DNA of 64,000 nucleotides from the NCBI RefSeq assembly GCF_040772465.1, contig NZ_JAXGYB010000002.1, forward strand, positions 93,397-157,396, read 5' to 3'. The DNA comes from Limosilactobacillus sp. GTDB taxonomy: Bacteria > Bacillota > Bacilli > Lactobacillales > Lactobacillaceae. Below are positions 1 to 8,580 of this stretch, in pieces (position 1 is the stretch's first letter; every line of letters starts with the position of its first letter). The notes under the pieces were generated by a model. The model saw nothing but the letters and a program-made list of their open reading frames with translations. It did no database searches and had not been told where the DNA came from. Both the position numbers and the translations under genes were made by a program.

Positions 1-266
1 AATCCTTCCAAACCATGAGAAATAAATGAAAAGATCATGTACTGACTATAACCTGAGATCAAATCCAACAGTAAACCACCAAAGCCACCGACAACTAGAC
101 CAGAAATTGGGCCCAACAACATGGATGCTAACAGAATTGGTGCATCACAAAGGTTAATGTTTCCCCGGGTCATTGGAATTGGAATTAGAAAAATCCGCCC
201 GAGGACAACAGTGATTGCCAGAAGCAAAGCAGCAAAGATCGTTTTTTGTAAACGCTTATTCTGCAT
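1..266 (-). CDS. ECF-transporter substrate-specific (S) component, N-terminal part only (runs off the window edge); vitamin-B6-related by context
   Basis: Not in the ORF track because no stop lies in the window. My translation of the reverse strand from the ATG at 266-264 gives MQNKRLQKTIFAALLLAITVVLGRIFLIPIPMTRGNINLCDAPILLASMLLGPISGLVVGGFGGLLLDLISGYSQYMIFSFISHGLEG. This is hydrophobic with Gly-rich TM helices, typical of ECF S components. An AAGGAAA RBS lies about 10 nt upstream. The start is 6 nt after the stop of the kinase gene. Confidence 0.7.
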   Translation of the reverse strand, partial: MQNKRLQKTIFAALLLAITVVLGRIFLIPIPMTRGNINLCDAPILLASMLLGPISGLVVGGFGGLLLDLISGYSQYMIFSFISHGLEG

Positions 267-272
267 TATTCA

Positions 273-1112
273 TCATTTCCTTATTTTGTAATAGCTAAGT
301 TTTTGTAAAAGGTCATGCATTAATAGACCGTATTTTCTATCTTCTTCAGGTAGGACCGATGTTTCTTGAATTGCAGTGGTGAGTAATTGATTGGCTTGGA
401 TAAATGCTTTTTGCTTCGGCAAACCGATATTTACAAAGGCAGCAAACAAAGCCGAAAAAACATCGCCAGTACCATAAAAATGGCCAGTCAATCTTTTTGT
501 TTGGTAGCGGTCGACTAACTTGTTATCTTTGGACCAATATTCCGAAACAATCATTTGATCTTTGGGAATGCCAGTGATTATACAATCATTGAAGTATCCC
601 AGATCCCTCAACGCATCAATATAATCTTTAATATCATAATTTTTTTCAGTGAATAACCCAGATAATAGCTTCAATTCCGTTAGATTTGGTGTAATAACGG
701 AAGCATTTAAAATTAATTGACGCATTTTATAAGGAATATTTTGATTTAATCCTGGATATAAGGAACCCTGGTCCCCCATTACAGGATCAATGATTGTGAA
801 AATATTATGTTGGCAGTGCAGCCAATGACTAACCGAGTCAATTGTAGAGAGGTCGCCTAAATATCCTAAAAGAATATTAGTTATTTGCATATTAGCAACT
901 CTACCCCAGTGCATTAGTGTTTGCTTTTGAAACTGGTGCACTGTACTTAAATTCATGACTGCCGGTTGACCAAAGCCTTCACTCTGCGTGGATAAAACGG
1001 TTGCTGGTAATGCTGCGGTTGTGATGTTCACCGCATGCAAGATATCTAAAGCCGTCAGCATTGACATGTTGCCAATTCCAGAAAAATCCTCAATCACTGC
1101 AGTTACCTTCAC
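273..1112 (-). CDS. pdxK: pyridoxal/pyridoxamine kinase (PdxK family, ribokinase-like fold)
   Basis: 279-aa ORF with a GTG start preceded by GAAGGAGGTG. The C-terminal GTGDVFSALFAA motif is typical of PdxK/ThiD-type kinases. Directly followed by an ECF S-component gene. Confidence 0.8.
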   Translation of the reverse strand: MKVTAVIEDFSGIGNMSMLTALDILHAVNITTAALPATVLSTQSEGFGQPAVMNLSTVHQFQKQTLMHWGRVANMQITNILLGYLGDLSTIDSVSHWLHCQHNIFTIIDPVMGDQGSLYPGLNQNIPYKMRQLILNASVITPNLTELKLLSGLFTEKNYDIKDYIDALRDLGYFNDCIITGIPKDQMIVSEYWSKDNKLVDRYQTKRLTGHFYGTGDVFSALFAAFVNIGLPKQKAFIQANQLLTTAIQETSVLPEEDRKYGLLMHDLLQKLSYYKIRK

Positions 1113-1146
1113 TTTCTCACCTCCTTCTCATAAAAAGATTATGTTC

Positions 1147-1174
1147 ATTGTATAACAAAAAACAATGAGTGCAA
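1147..1174 (-). promoter_or_regulatory. candidate promoter for pdxK (-35 TTGCAC, 16 nt, -10 TACAAT)
   Basis: Read on the reverse strand about 35 nt upstream of the GTG start. Confidence 0.45.
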
Positions 1175-1182
1175 TAAAAAAC

Positions 1183-1220
1183 TGCAAGAAAAAAAGCTGT
1201 AGCGCTATCATGGCACTGCA
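1183..1220 (-). terminator. probable terminator after ppaC
   Basis: The minus strand reads GTTGCAGTGC-catgata-GCGCTACAGC, with two G-U pairs and one mismatch. Followed by TTTTTTTCTTG. Confidence 0.5.
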
Positions 1221-1243
1221 ACTTTTCTATAGTTAATTGTGAA

Positions 1244-2176
1244 TTAACCTTCAAATGCGTCAGTCAACGGTGGAACAACCTGCTTCTTCCGTGAAACAAC
1301 GCCTGGCAGGTTCATCCGGTGTTGATCATTGAGCTTCTTACCAAAGGCCTTTTCAACGGCTTCAGTTGGCTCACCGGCAACTAAGAGGTCGGAGTCACTG
1401 TTAAGGATATTAGTAACAATCAAAATGAAGAGATCGTAGCCGTTCTTGTCCATTTCACTGTGCATGGTCTTTTCAAGGTCAGCTTGACGCTTAAATACAT
1501 CATCGAGGTCAACACAGTTAACTTGGCCAATCCGGATACTCTTGCCACCAAGACTAAATGACTTAGCATCGCCTTCGACAATGTCCATGTCAGTGCGCTT
1601 ATCAACGTTGGTACCAGCCTTTAACATCTTCAGACCGTAGTCTTCGTAATCAACTCCGGCGATCTTAGCAAGGTACTTAACAGCTTCACGATCATGGTCA
1701 GTGGTAGTTGGTGACTTCAACAGTAAGGTATCAGAAATAATTGCTGACAACATCATACCAGCTAAGTTTGCTGGAATATCGATGTTCTTTTCCTGGTACA
1801 TTTCAGTCAAAATGGTGCTGACACAGCCGTAAGGACGAGCAGTGTAATACAGTGGCTGAGCCGTGTTAAAGTTAGCGATCCGGTGGTGGTCAACAACGTG
1901 GGTAACAGTGACCTTGTCGATGTCTTCGGCACTTTGTTGTGGTTCGTTGTGGTCGACCAGCATAACCTTGTCGACTTCGTTAGAAACGGTCTTCACAACA
2001 CGTGGAGCCTTCATGTTGAAGTGGTCTAAGGCATACTTAGTTTCATCATTGGGTTCGCCTAAAGCAACAGCTTCGGTTTCGTAGCCCAACTGGTTTTGGT
2101 AATAGGAGTATGAAATTGCCGCCGTAATGGCATCCGTATCAGGATTGCGGTGACCAAAAACTAATTCTTTACTCAT
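1244..2176 (-). CDS. ppaC: manganese-dependent inorganic pyrophosphatase (family II, DHH)
   Basis: Start trimmed to [20 protein letters not shown] (ATG at 2176, RBS GAGGAGGAA). DHH motifs HRNPDTD and VVDHHRI are present. Length is 310 aa. Confidence 0.93.
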   Translation of the reverse strand: MSKELVFGHRNPDTDAITAAISYSYYQNQLGYETEAVALGEPNDETKYALDHFNMKAPRVVKTVSNEVDKVMLVDHNEPQQSAEDIDKVTVTHVVDHHRIANFNTAQPLYYTARPYGCVSTILTEMYQEKNIDIPANLAGMMLSAIISDTLLLKSPTTTDHDREAVKYLAKIAGVDYEDYGLKMLKAGTNVDKRTDMDIVEGDAKSFSLGGKSIRIGQVNCVDLDDVFKRQADLEKTMHSEMDKNGYDLFILIVTNILNSDSDLLVAGEPTEAVEKAFGKKLNDQHRMNLPGVVSRKKQVVPPLTDAFEG

Positions 2177-2268
2177 AAAATGAATTCCTCCTCGATTTGC
2201 TTGCTCAATTGGCAAGAAACTTACATCACAATTTTACCACTTTCAGTTCTGCAATTGGGAACTAGTTA

Positions 2269-4746
2269 TTAAGCATTGTCATTACTATGGGTTTTAGCGG
2301 TTGATTTCACAACCAATGGCATCCTGATAGTACGTGGTTCACCCTGACTATCAACGTCAATCACAAACATACCATTGGATTGTGGAACGCTGACGTGATG
2401 ATCTTTAACCGGGATTTCGACGATCTGCGGGCGACTAGTGATTACTTCAACATTGCCGTCATAGTTAGGATCAAACGCAATTGCCGCAGCCAGTTCATGT
2501 GGATTACGTTTGAGATGCCGCAAAATCAAATTGCCCCGTCGTGCCCGGCTGCCTAATTCGATATCAGCGACCTTCATCAGCTTAAATGAGCCGCGTTGCG
2601 TAATCACGGCTAGATGTTGGTCTTCAGAAACTAAGTTCATGCTGGATAAGTGGTCGTCATCTTTCAGGTTAATACCACGGACCCCACCAGTTCGAACGCC
2701 AGTTGTCGGCACCTCTGCCACGTCAAAGCGCAGGGCATAAGCTTGCCGGCTCGTCAATAAGATGGACTGTTTGGCACTGCTGTCAGGTTCATAGTAGCTG
2801 ACATTGACGACTTCTGCATCCTTGCTCTTGAGCTTAATGTACTTAGAAGCATGTGTCTTATAACGACTGCCTGGAGCATAATCACTCATCTTGGTTTGCT
2901 TGATTTGACCATCAGAAGTAGCCATGATGAAACTACCAGGCATGTCTAACTTGTCAAAAGTGAAAGCCTTGATAATCACTTCATTATCAGCCAGGCCGAC
3001 AGTTTGCGAAAGGTGTTCACCCATGTCTTTCCAGCGCACGTCCGATAATTCATGGATTGGACGGTAAATTAAATTGCCCTTATTCGTGAACATAAACAGA
3101 TGATTAAGCGTCGAGCTTTGCTGGATCATAATTGGGTAATCATCTTCACGCAAGCCGTTATCGTCAATCGGCGAAGCATTAAACGAACGTAAGCTGCTGC
3201 GCTTGATGTAGCCAGCATGTGAAACCAGTACGACCACTTGTTCATCAGCAACCGTCACTTCACGGGCGACCGTTAATTTAGCGACGTGTTGCTCAATCTT
3301 CGTTCGGCGGGGATTGCCAAACTCTTTTTTAACTGCAGTCAGTTCGTTTTGCAGGACCCGGTTCAGCTCTTTCGGATCATCTAAGATATGATGGTATTCC
3401 TTGATCTTAGATTGTAGCTGGCGCTGCTCTTTTTGGAGATCAGTCACGTCCGTGTTAGTTAACCGGTATAATTGCAAGGTCACGATGGCTTCGGCTTGAT
3501 CATCGGTAAATTCGTACTGATCAATCAAGTTTTGCTTGGCATTGGCACGGTTTTTACTGGAGCGAATGGTATGGATTACTTCATCCAAAATGGACAGAGC
3601 CTTAATCAGCCCTTCGACGATGTGCAAGCGTTTGGCTGCTTTATTAAGGTCAAAACGTGTCCGTCGGGTAATAATTTCTTGCTGGAATACTAGGTAGGCA
3701 CGCAAGAATTCTTTCAACCCTACCCGTTGTGGTCGCTGATCTTCGATGGCGACCATGTTGAAATTGTAGTTGATTTGCAGGTCAGTATTCTTGAACAGAT
3801 AGTTAAGAATCCCCTGGGCATCAGCTTTCCGTTTCAGCTCGATGGCAATTCGCAAACCAGTACGGTCGGTTTCATCGCGGACTTCTGCCAGTCCTTCAAC
3901 TTTTTTGTTGATCCGCAGGTCATCAATTCGTTTTACTAATTGGGCCTTATTAACTTCATACGGAATTTCAGTGACGTTAATTTGTTGACGGCCGCCGCGC
4001 AGGTTTTCAATTTCAGTTTTGGCGCGCACGACAATCCGCCCGCGGCCCTTAGAATAAGCTTTGCGAATACCGTCAACACCCTGAATAATTCCCCCGGTTG
4101 GGAAGTCAGGACCCGGAATAATCTGCATTAGGTCGTCCAAGCTAGCATCGGGATGCTTCATCAAATAAGTTAAAGCATCGATGACCTCACTTAGGTTATG
4201 CGGCGGAATTTCGGTAGCATAACCAGCAGAAATACCCGTTGCCCCGTTAACCAACAGGTTCGGAATACGTGCTGGCAGAACGGTTGGTTCCTTTTCGGTA
4301 TCGTCAAAGTTTAAGGTCATATCGACGGTGTCTTTGTCGATATCACGAAGCATCAGCCCAGCAATCTTGCTGAGGCGTGCCTCAGTGTAACGCATGGCGG
4401 CCGGTGGATCACCATCCATTGAACCATTATTACCGTGCATTTCAATCAATGGCTCTCTCAGTTTCCAGTCCTGACTCATCCGGACTAAGGCTTCGTAGAT
4501 TGAACTATCGCCATGGGGGTGGTAATTACCCATGACGTTACCAACGGACTTGGCTGATTTGCGGAATCCTTTATCGTAGGTGTTGCCGTCTTTGTTCATT
4601 GCAAAGAGAATCCGCCGCTGAACAGGTTTGAGTCCATCCCGGATGTCAGGTAAAGCCCGTTCTTGGATAATGGCTTTGGAGTAACGACCGAAACGATCAC
4701 CCATTAACTGTTCAAGTGTTTCTTCCCTAATCTTTGGTTCACTCAC
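2269..4746 (-). CDS. parC: DNA topoisomerase IV subunit A
   Basis: 825 aa with a GTG start after TAAGGAGGG. Contains GLKPVQRRILFAM and the active-site region AAMRYTEARL. Lies immediately downstream of parE and is divergent from plsY, as in Bacillus. Confidence 0.93.
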   Translation of the reverse strand: MSEPKIREETLEQLMGDRFGRYSKAIIQERALPDIRDGLKPVQRRILFAMNKDGNTYDKGFRKSAKSVGNVMGNYHPHGDSSIYEALVRMSQDWKLREPLIEMHGNNGSMDGDPPAAMRYTEARLSKIAGLMLRDIDKDTVDMTLNFDDTEKEPTVLPARIPNLLVNGATGISAGYATEIPPHNLSEVIDALTYLMKHPDASLDDLMQIIPGPDFPTGGIIQGVDGIRKAYSKGRGRIVVRAKTEIENLRGGRQQINVTEIPYEVNKAQLVKRIDDLRINKKVEGLAEVRDETDRTGLRIAIELKRKADAQGILNYLFKNTDLQINYNFNMVAIEDQRPQRVGLKEFLRAYLVFQQEIITRRTRFDLNKAAKRLHIVEGLIKALSILDEVIHTIRSSKNRANAKQNLIDQYEFTDDQAEAIVTLQLYRLTNTDVTDLQKEQRQLQSKIKEYHHILDDPKELNRVLQNELTAVKKEFGNPRRTKIEQHVAKLTVAREVTVADEQVVVLVSHAGYIKRSSLRSFNASPIDDNGLREDDYPIMIQQSSTLNHLFMFTNKGNLIYRPIHELSDVRWKDMGEHLSQTVGLADNEVIIKAFTFDKLDMPGSFIMATSDGQIKQTKMSDYAPGSRYKTHASKYIKLKSKDAEVVNVSYYEPDSSAKQSILLTSRQAYALRFDVAEVPTTGVRTGGVRGINLKDDDHLSSMNLVSEDQHLAVITQRGSFKLMKVADIELGSRARRGNLILRHLKRNPHELAAAIAFDPNYDGNVEVITSRPQIVEIPVKDHHVSVPQSNGMFVIDVDSQGEPRTIRMPLVVKSTAKTHSNDNA

Positions 4747-4761
4747 GTTTCAGTTCCCTCC

Positions 4762-6825
4762 TTAAATATTTAAATCGAGTTGTCCTGTTTGATTGTGAGT
4801 ATGAGGAGTGTGTTTTGGTGAACGTGAACTAACTTGGCTGCCTTTGCTATGCTTGGTCTTGCGATGAGTGCCACTTCGCATCTGGCGACGGCTAGCTTCC
4901 AGTTGATCGCTGTCACTATCGTTTAGCGTAAACTGGACATTGTTGTCAATCCATTCACGACGGGGTTCCACTTTATCGCCCATAAGAGTAGTTACCCGAC
5001 GTTCAGCCATTGCAGCATCTTCGATCCGGACACGGATGAGGGTCCGGGTTTCGGGATTCATCGTCGTTTCCCACAATTGATCAGCGTTCATTTCTCCAAG
5101 ACCCTTAAACCGCTGGAGTGAGCCACCACGGCCCTTGCTCGTCAGTTTAGCTAACTCTTCATTGGTCCATGCGTACTGGATTGTTGTCTTAGCCCCCTTG
5201 CCGCGTTGCAAACGGTACAGTGGTGGTAGAGCAATGTAAACACGCCCTGCTTCAATCATCGGCCGCATGTACTTGTAAAAGAAAGTCAGGAGCAAAATTT
5301 GAATATGCGCGCCATCATCATCGGCATCAGTCATGATAATCACTTTATCGTAATTGGCATCTTCGATATTGAAATCTGCCCCGACACCAGCACCGACGGT
5401 ATAGATGATCGTATTGAGTTCTTCATTTTTCAGAACGTCATCAAGCTTAGCTTTTTCGGTGTTCAATACTTTCCCACGAAGAGGAAGGATGGCTTGGTAT
5501 CGACGATCACGGCCTTGTTTAGCACTCCCGCCGGCTGAGTCACCTTCGACCAAGAAGAGCTCATTTTTCTTAGCATTTTTCGACTGTGCTGGAGTTAGCT
5601 TACCGGATAAGTTGCGTTCCTTTTTATTCTTACGCTTGCCGCGTGAGATATCCCGCGCTTTCCGGGCTGCTTCACGAGCCTTGCGGGCACGCAAGGCCTT
5701 ATGGATTAAATCCTGGGCATAATCGCCGTTTTCCATCAATTCATATGATAGTTGGTCGCTGACAATTGAGTCGACGATTTTACGGGCTTCAGGTGTGCCT
5801 AGCTTATCCTTAGTTTGCCCTTCAAATTGCAGAATCCGTTCGGGAATGCGCACGGATACGACAGCAGTCAGGCCTTCCCGCACGTCAGACCCTTCAAGGT
5901 TTTTGTCGCGTTCTTTAAGCAAGCCGACTTTGCGCGCGTAGTCATTAAAGGTTTTAGTCCAACCACTACGGAAACCGGCTTCGTGGGTCCCACCATCAGG
6001 TGTTCGGACGTTATTGACGAAACTGAGGATGTTTTCGGAGTAACCATCGTTGTACTGGGCAGCGACTTCTACTTCGACGCCATCTTCCTTACCATCAAAA
6101 TACATCACCTTACCTAAGACGTCTTTACCTTCGTTCAGGTAGTCGACAAACTCTTTAATTCCATCCTTATAGTGATAAACCTGAGTTTGCTCTTGACCGG
6201 GGCGTTGATCAGTCAAAGTGATTTTAATTCCCTTCAAGAGGAAAGCCGATTCACGAAGACGTTGGGCCAAGGTATTAAAATCAAAGGTAGTCGTTGTAAA
6301 GATTTTAGGATCAGGCTTAAATGAAACCGTGGTCCCACTAGCAGTCGAAGTATGGCCGAGTTTTTTCAATGTGCCAACAGGATGTCCACCATTTTCAAAT
6401 TCTTCACGATAGAGAGTGTGGTCGCGGACAATCGAAAGCGTCAAGTGAGTAGATAATGCATTGACGACCGACGCACCAACCCCGTGCAAGCCACCAGAAG
6501 TCTTGTAGCCATCGTCCTGGCCAAATTTCCCCCCAGCGTGCAGGACAGTCATAATAACTTCAGGCGTCGGTTTGCCACTAGCATGCATTCCCACTGGCAT
6601 CCCACGTCCGTGGTCCACTACTGTAATAGAATTGTCAGCACCAATCGTAACCTGAATTTCATTGCCATAACCCGACAGAGCTTCGTCAACGGCATTGTCT
6701 ACAATTTCATAGACCATGTGGTGAAGCCCACGGGTGTCAGTAGAGCCAATGTACATGCCGGGACGTTTGCGAACGGCTTCAAGGCCCTTGAGGATTTTGA
6801 TTGAAGCATCATCATACTTTGCCAT
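4762..6825 (-). CDS. parE: DNA topoisomerase IV subunit B (with unusual basic C-terminal tail)
   Basis: Start trimmed to MAKYDDASIKILKGLEAVRKRPGMYIGS (ATG at 6825 after GGAGGGG). GHKL motif YEIVDNAVDE, Toprim motif LVEGDSAGGSAKQGRDR, and PLRGKVLN are present. Confidence 0.93.
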   Translation of the reverse strand: MAKYDDASIKILKGLEAVRKRPGMYIGSTDTRGLHHMVYEIVDNAVDEALSGYGNEIQVTIGADNSITVVDHGRGMPVGMHASGKPTPEVIMTVLHAGGKFGQDDGYKTSGGLHGVGASVVNALSTHLTLSIVRDHTLYREEFENGGHPVGTLKKLGHTSTASGTTVSFKPDPKIFTTTTFDFNTLAQRLRESAFLLKGIKITLTDQRPGQEQTQVYHYKDGIKEFVDYLNEGKDVLGKVMYFDGKEDGVEVEVAAQYNDGYSENILSFVNNVRTPDGGTHEAGFRSGWTKTFNDYARKVGLLKERDKNLEGSDVREGLTAVVSVRIPERILQFEGQTKDKLGTPEARKIVDSIVSDQLSYELMENGDYAQDLIHKALRARKAREAARKARDISRGKRKNKKERNLSGKLTPAQSKNAKKNELFLVEGDSAGGSAKQGRDRRYQAILPLRGKVLNTEKAKLDDVLKNEELNTIIYTVGAGVGADFNIEDANYDKVIIMTDADDDGAHIQILLLTFFYKYMRPMIEAGRVYIALPPLYRLQRGKGAKTTIQYAWTNEELAKLTSKGRGGSLQRFKGLGEMNADQLWETTMNPETRTLIRVRIEDAAMAERRVTTLMGDKVEPRREWIDNNVQFTLNDSDSDQLEASRRQMRSGTHRKTKHSKGSQVSSRSPKHTPHTHNQTGQLDLNI

Positions 6826-6841
6826 AATGATCCCCTCCAAA

Positions 6842-6869
6842 TTTAGCGGCGTCTATCTTTTTAGCGGCG
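6842..6869 (-). repeat. exact 10-nt direct repeat (plus strand TTTAGCGGCG, twice, period 18 nt) in the parE 5' leader
   Basis: Read directly at 6842-6851 and 6860-6869. On the coding strand this reads CGCCGCTAAA...CGCCGCTAAA and ends 3 nt before the parE Shine-Dalgarno (GGAGGGG). Function unknown. Confidence 0.6.
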
Positions 6870-7016
6870 CCACGAAAAAAACGATACCATACTATAATAA
6901 CGAACAATAGAAAAAGGCGCAAATCCTGAATTGCGCTGATGATTAGCTGGCAGTAATAATTGAACCATGATAAGATTAAAAGGTTAAGAATTAACAAGGA
7001 GAATTAAATAACTACA

Positions 7017-7646
7017 ATGCATATTTTCCTAATTGGCTTGATGATAGTAATCGCCTACTTCCTGGGCTCAATTCCTTCAGGATTATGGGTTGGTAAATTA
7101 ATGTACAACAAGGATATTCGTAAAGAAGGCAGCGGCAATATTGGTACAACCAATGCTTTCCGGGTATTAGGTACTCGTGCCGGAATAATCGTTTTGTTAG
7201 TAGATATATTGAAAGGGACGCTAGCTGCCAGTCAGCCTTACATTCTTCATATGTATCCCGCAGTTAATCCCCTTTTGATCGGTATTTTTGCTTCTCTCGG
7301 TCACACTTTTTCCATCTTTGATAACTTTCATGGTGGTAAAGCAGTTGCCACTAGTGCTGGTATTTTGCTGGCTTACAATCCCCCGCTTTTTATTTTGGCG
7401 GCTGCCGTCTTTGTAGCCATGCTGCTGTTGACCAGTATGGCCAGCATCGCCAGTATGGTTGGGATTTCCACCATTTTTATCATTGCCCTAGTAGAAGGCG
7501 ACGTCATATTATCAATCGTGGCTGGTATTCTGACCGTGTTGGTCTTTATTCGACACCGCAGTAATATCATGCGAATCATTCAGGGCAAAGAATCAATGGT
7601 ATCTTTTGGCTTGGGTAACTACTTGAGACAGCACCACCAACATTAA
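7017..7646 (+). CDS. plsY: glycerol-3-phosphate acyltransferase PlsY
   Basis: 209-aa polytopic membrane protein. Contains YFLGSIPSGLWVGK and GSGNIGTTNAFRVLG motifs. Divergent from parE. Confidence 0.93.
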   Translation: MHIFLIGLMIVIAYFLGSIPSGLWVGKLMYNKDIRKEGSGNIGTTNAFRVLGTRAGIIVLLVDILKGTLAASQPYILHMYPAVNPLLIGIFASLGHTFSIFDNFHGGKAVATSAGILLAYNPPLFILAAAVFVAMLLLTSMASIASMVGISTIFIIALVEGDVILSIVAGILTVLVFIRHRSNIMRIIQGKESMVSFGLGNYLRQHHQH

Positions 7647-7654
7647 GAAATTCG

Positions 7655-7698
7655 AAAAAGAAACGGCTTTTGACCCAACGTCAAAAGTCGCTTTTTAT
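7655..7698. terminator. bidirectional intrinsic terminator (plsY / epimerase gene)
   Basis: Hairpin GGCTTTTGAC-ccaac-GTCAAAAGTC at 7665-7689. It is flanked by an A-run upstream and GCTTTTTATTT downstream. Confidence 0.75.
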
Positions 7699-8580
7699 TT
7701 AGAAAATTTCGATTACAAATTGATAGTTAGCGCTTTGGTGGGCATCAAGTGAATGAATCCCCTGTTTATGAATTAATTGACCGTCAGTGTTGACATTGTC
7801 GGCAATCCCCCACCATGGTTCGATACATACGAAGTCACCCTTTGCTGGATAAGAAGACCATAGGCCCACGAATTGCGCGTCTTTGGCACCTAATTGAATA
7901 CCATGTTTATTTTCAGGATTCCACAATTTGATTAAAACGGGTTCGCCCTGAGTCACTAATGTGAGGACATCGTCTTTAAAAAGTTGGTGATTGACGGCTC
8001 TTGCTTTTGAAAAATCCAGAGGATCGTTGTTGACAGTCCCGAGATCATTGTAGGAGCCTACTAATTTGCTTAACTGATATTTTTTTGCTGGTCGCATTAC
8101 TAACTGATAATCTTCAAAATGATCATGTTCTAGGGGGATGTGAAATCCTGGGTGGGCACCAATTGAATAAAGTAAATCTTGGTTTTGATCCGGATTAGTT
8201 ACTTTATATGAAACTTGAATTGTTTGCTTAATCAATTTATATTGCACATCTAACGTAAACTTAAACGGATATGCAAGCAAAGTTTGAACATTATCTTGCA
8301 GACGAAAAGTCACAGCATCTGCTGATTGTGCAACAACAGTAAAGTCGCTATCACGAGCAAAACCATGTTGAGTTTGGTGGTAGATTTTGCCAGCGAATTC
8401 ATATTGATCATCTTTTAAACGTCCGACGAACGGAAACAGGATTGGAGCTTGCCGATCCCAAAAATTAGAGTTGCCTTGCCATAGGTATTCACTAGATGAG
8501 TTTCGTAGTTTGATACTGTGCATCTGTGCGCCATGGGGATCGATCTGCACCCGTAAATTGTCATTTTGAATTTTTATCAT
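7699..8580 (-). CDS. aldose 1-epimerase family protein (LacX/galactose-mutarotase-like)
   Basis: Start trimmed to MIKIQNDNLRVQIDPHGAQMHSIKL (ATG at 8580). Contains FPFVGRL, HGFAR, GAHPGF and EPWWG motifs of the mutarotase superfamily. Overlaps the xerC-like stop by 20 nt. Confidence 0.85.
   Translation of the reverse strand: MIKIQNDNLRVQIDPHGAQMHSIKLRNSSSEYLWQGNSNFWDRQAPILFPFVGRLKDDQYEFAGKIYHQTQHGFARDSDFTVVAQSADAVTFRLQDNVQTLLAYPFKFTLDVQYKLIKQTIQVSYKVTNPDQNQDLLYSIGAHPGFHIPLEHDHFEDYQLVMRPAKKYQLSKLVGSYNDLGTVNNDPLDFSKARAVNHQLFKDDVLTLVTQGEPVLIKLWNPENKHGIQLGAKDAQFVGLWSSYPAKGDFVCIEPWWGIADNVNTDGQLIHKQGIHSLDAHQSANYQFVIEIF

Noticed and set aside
6812-6997. 61-aa minus-strand ORF across the parE leader
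   Set aside because: It overlaps the parE SD and start in another frame, has no RBS, and is hydrophobic junk from AT-rich promoter DNA.
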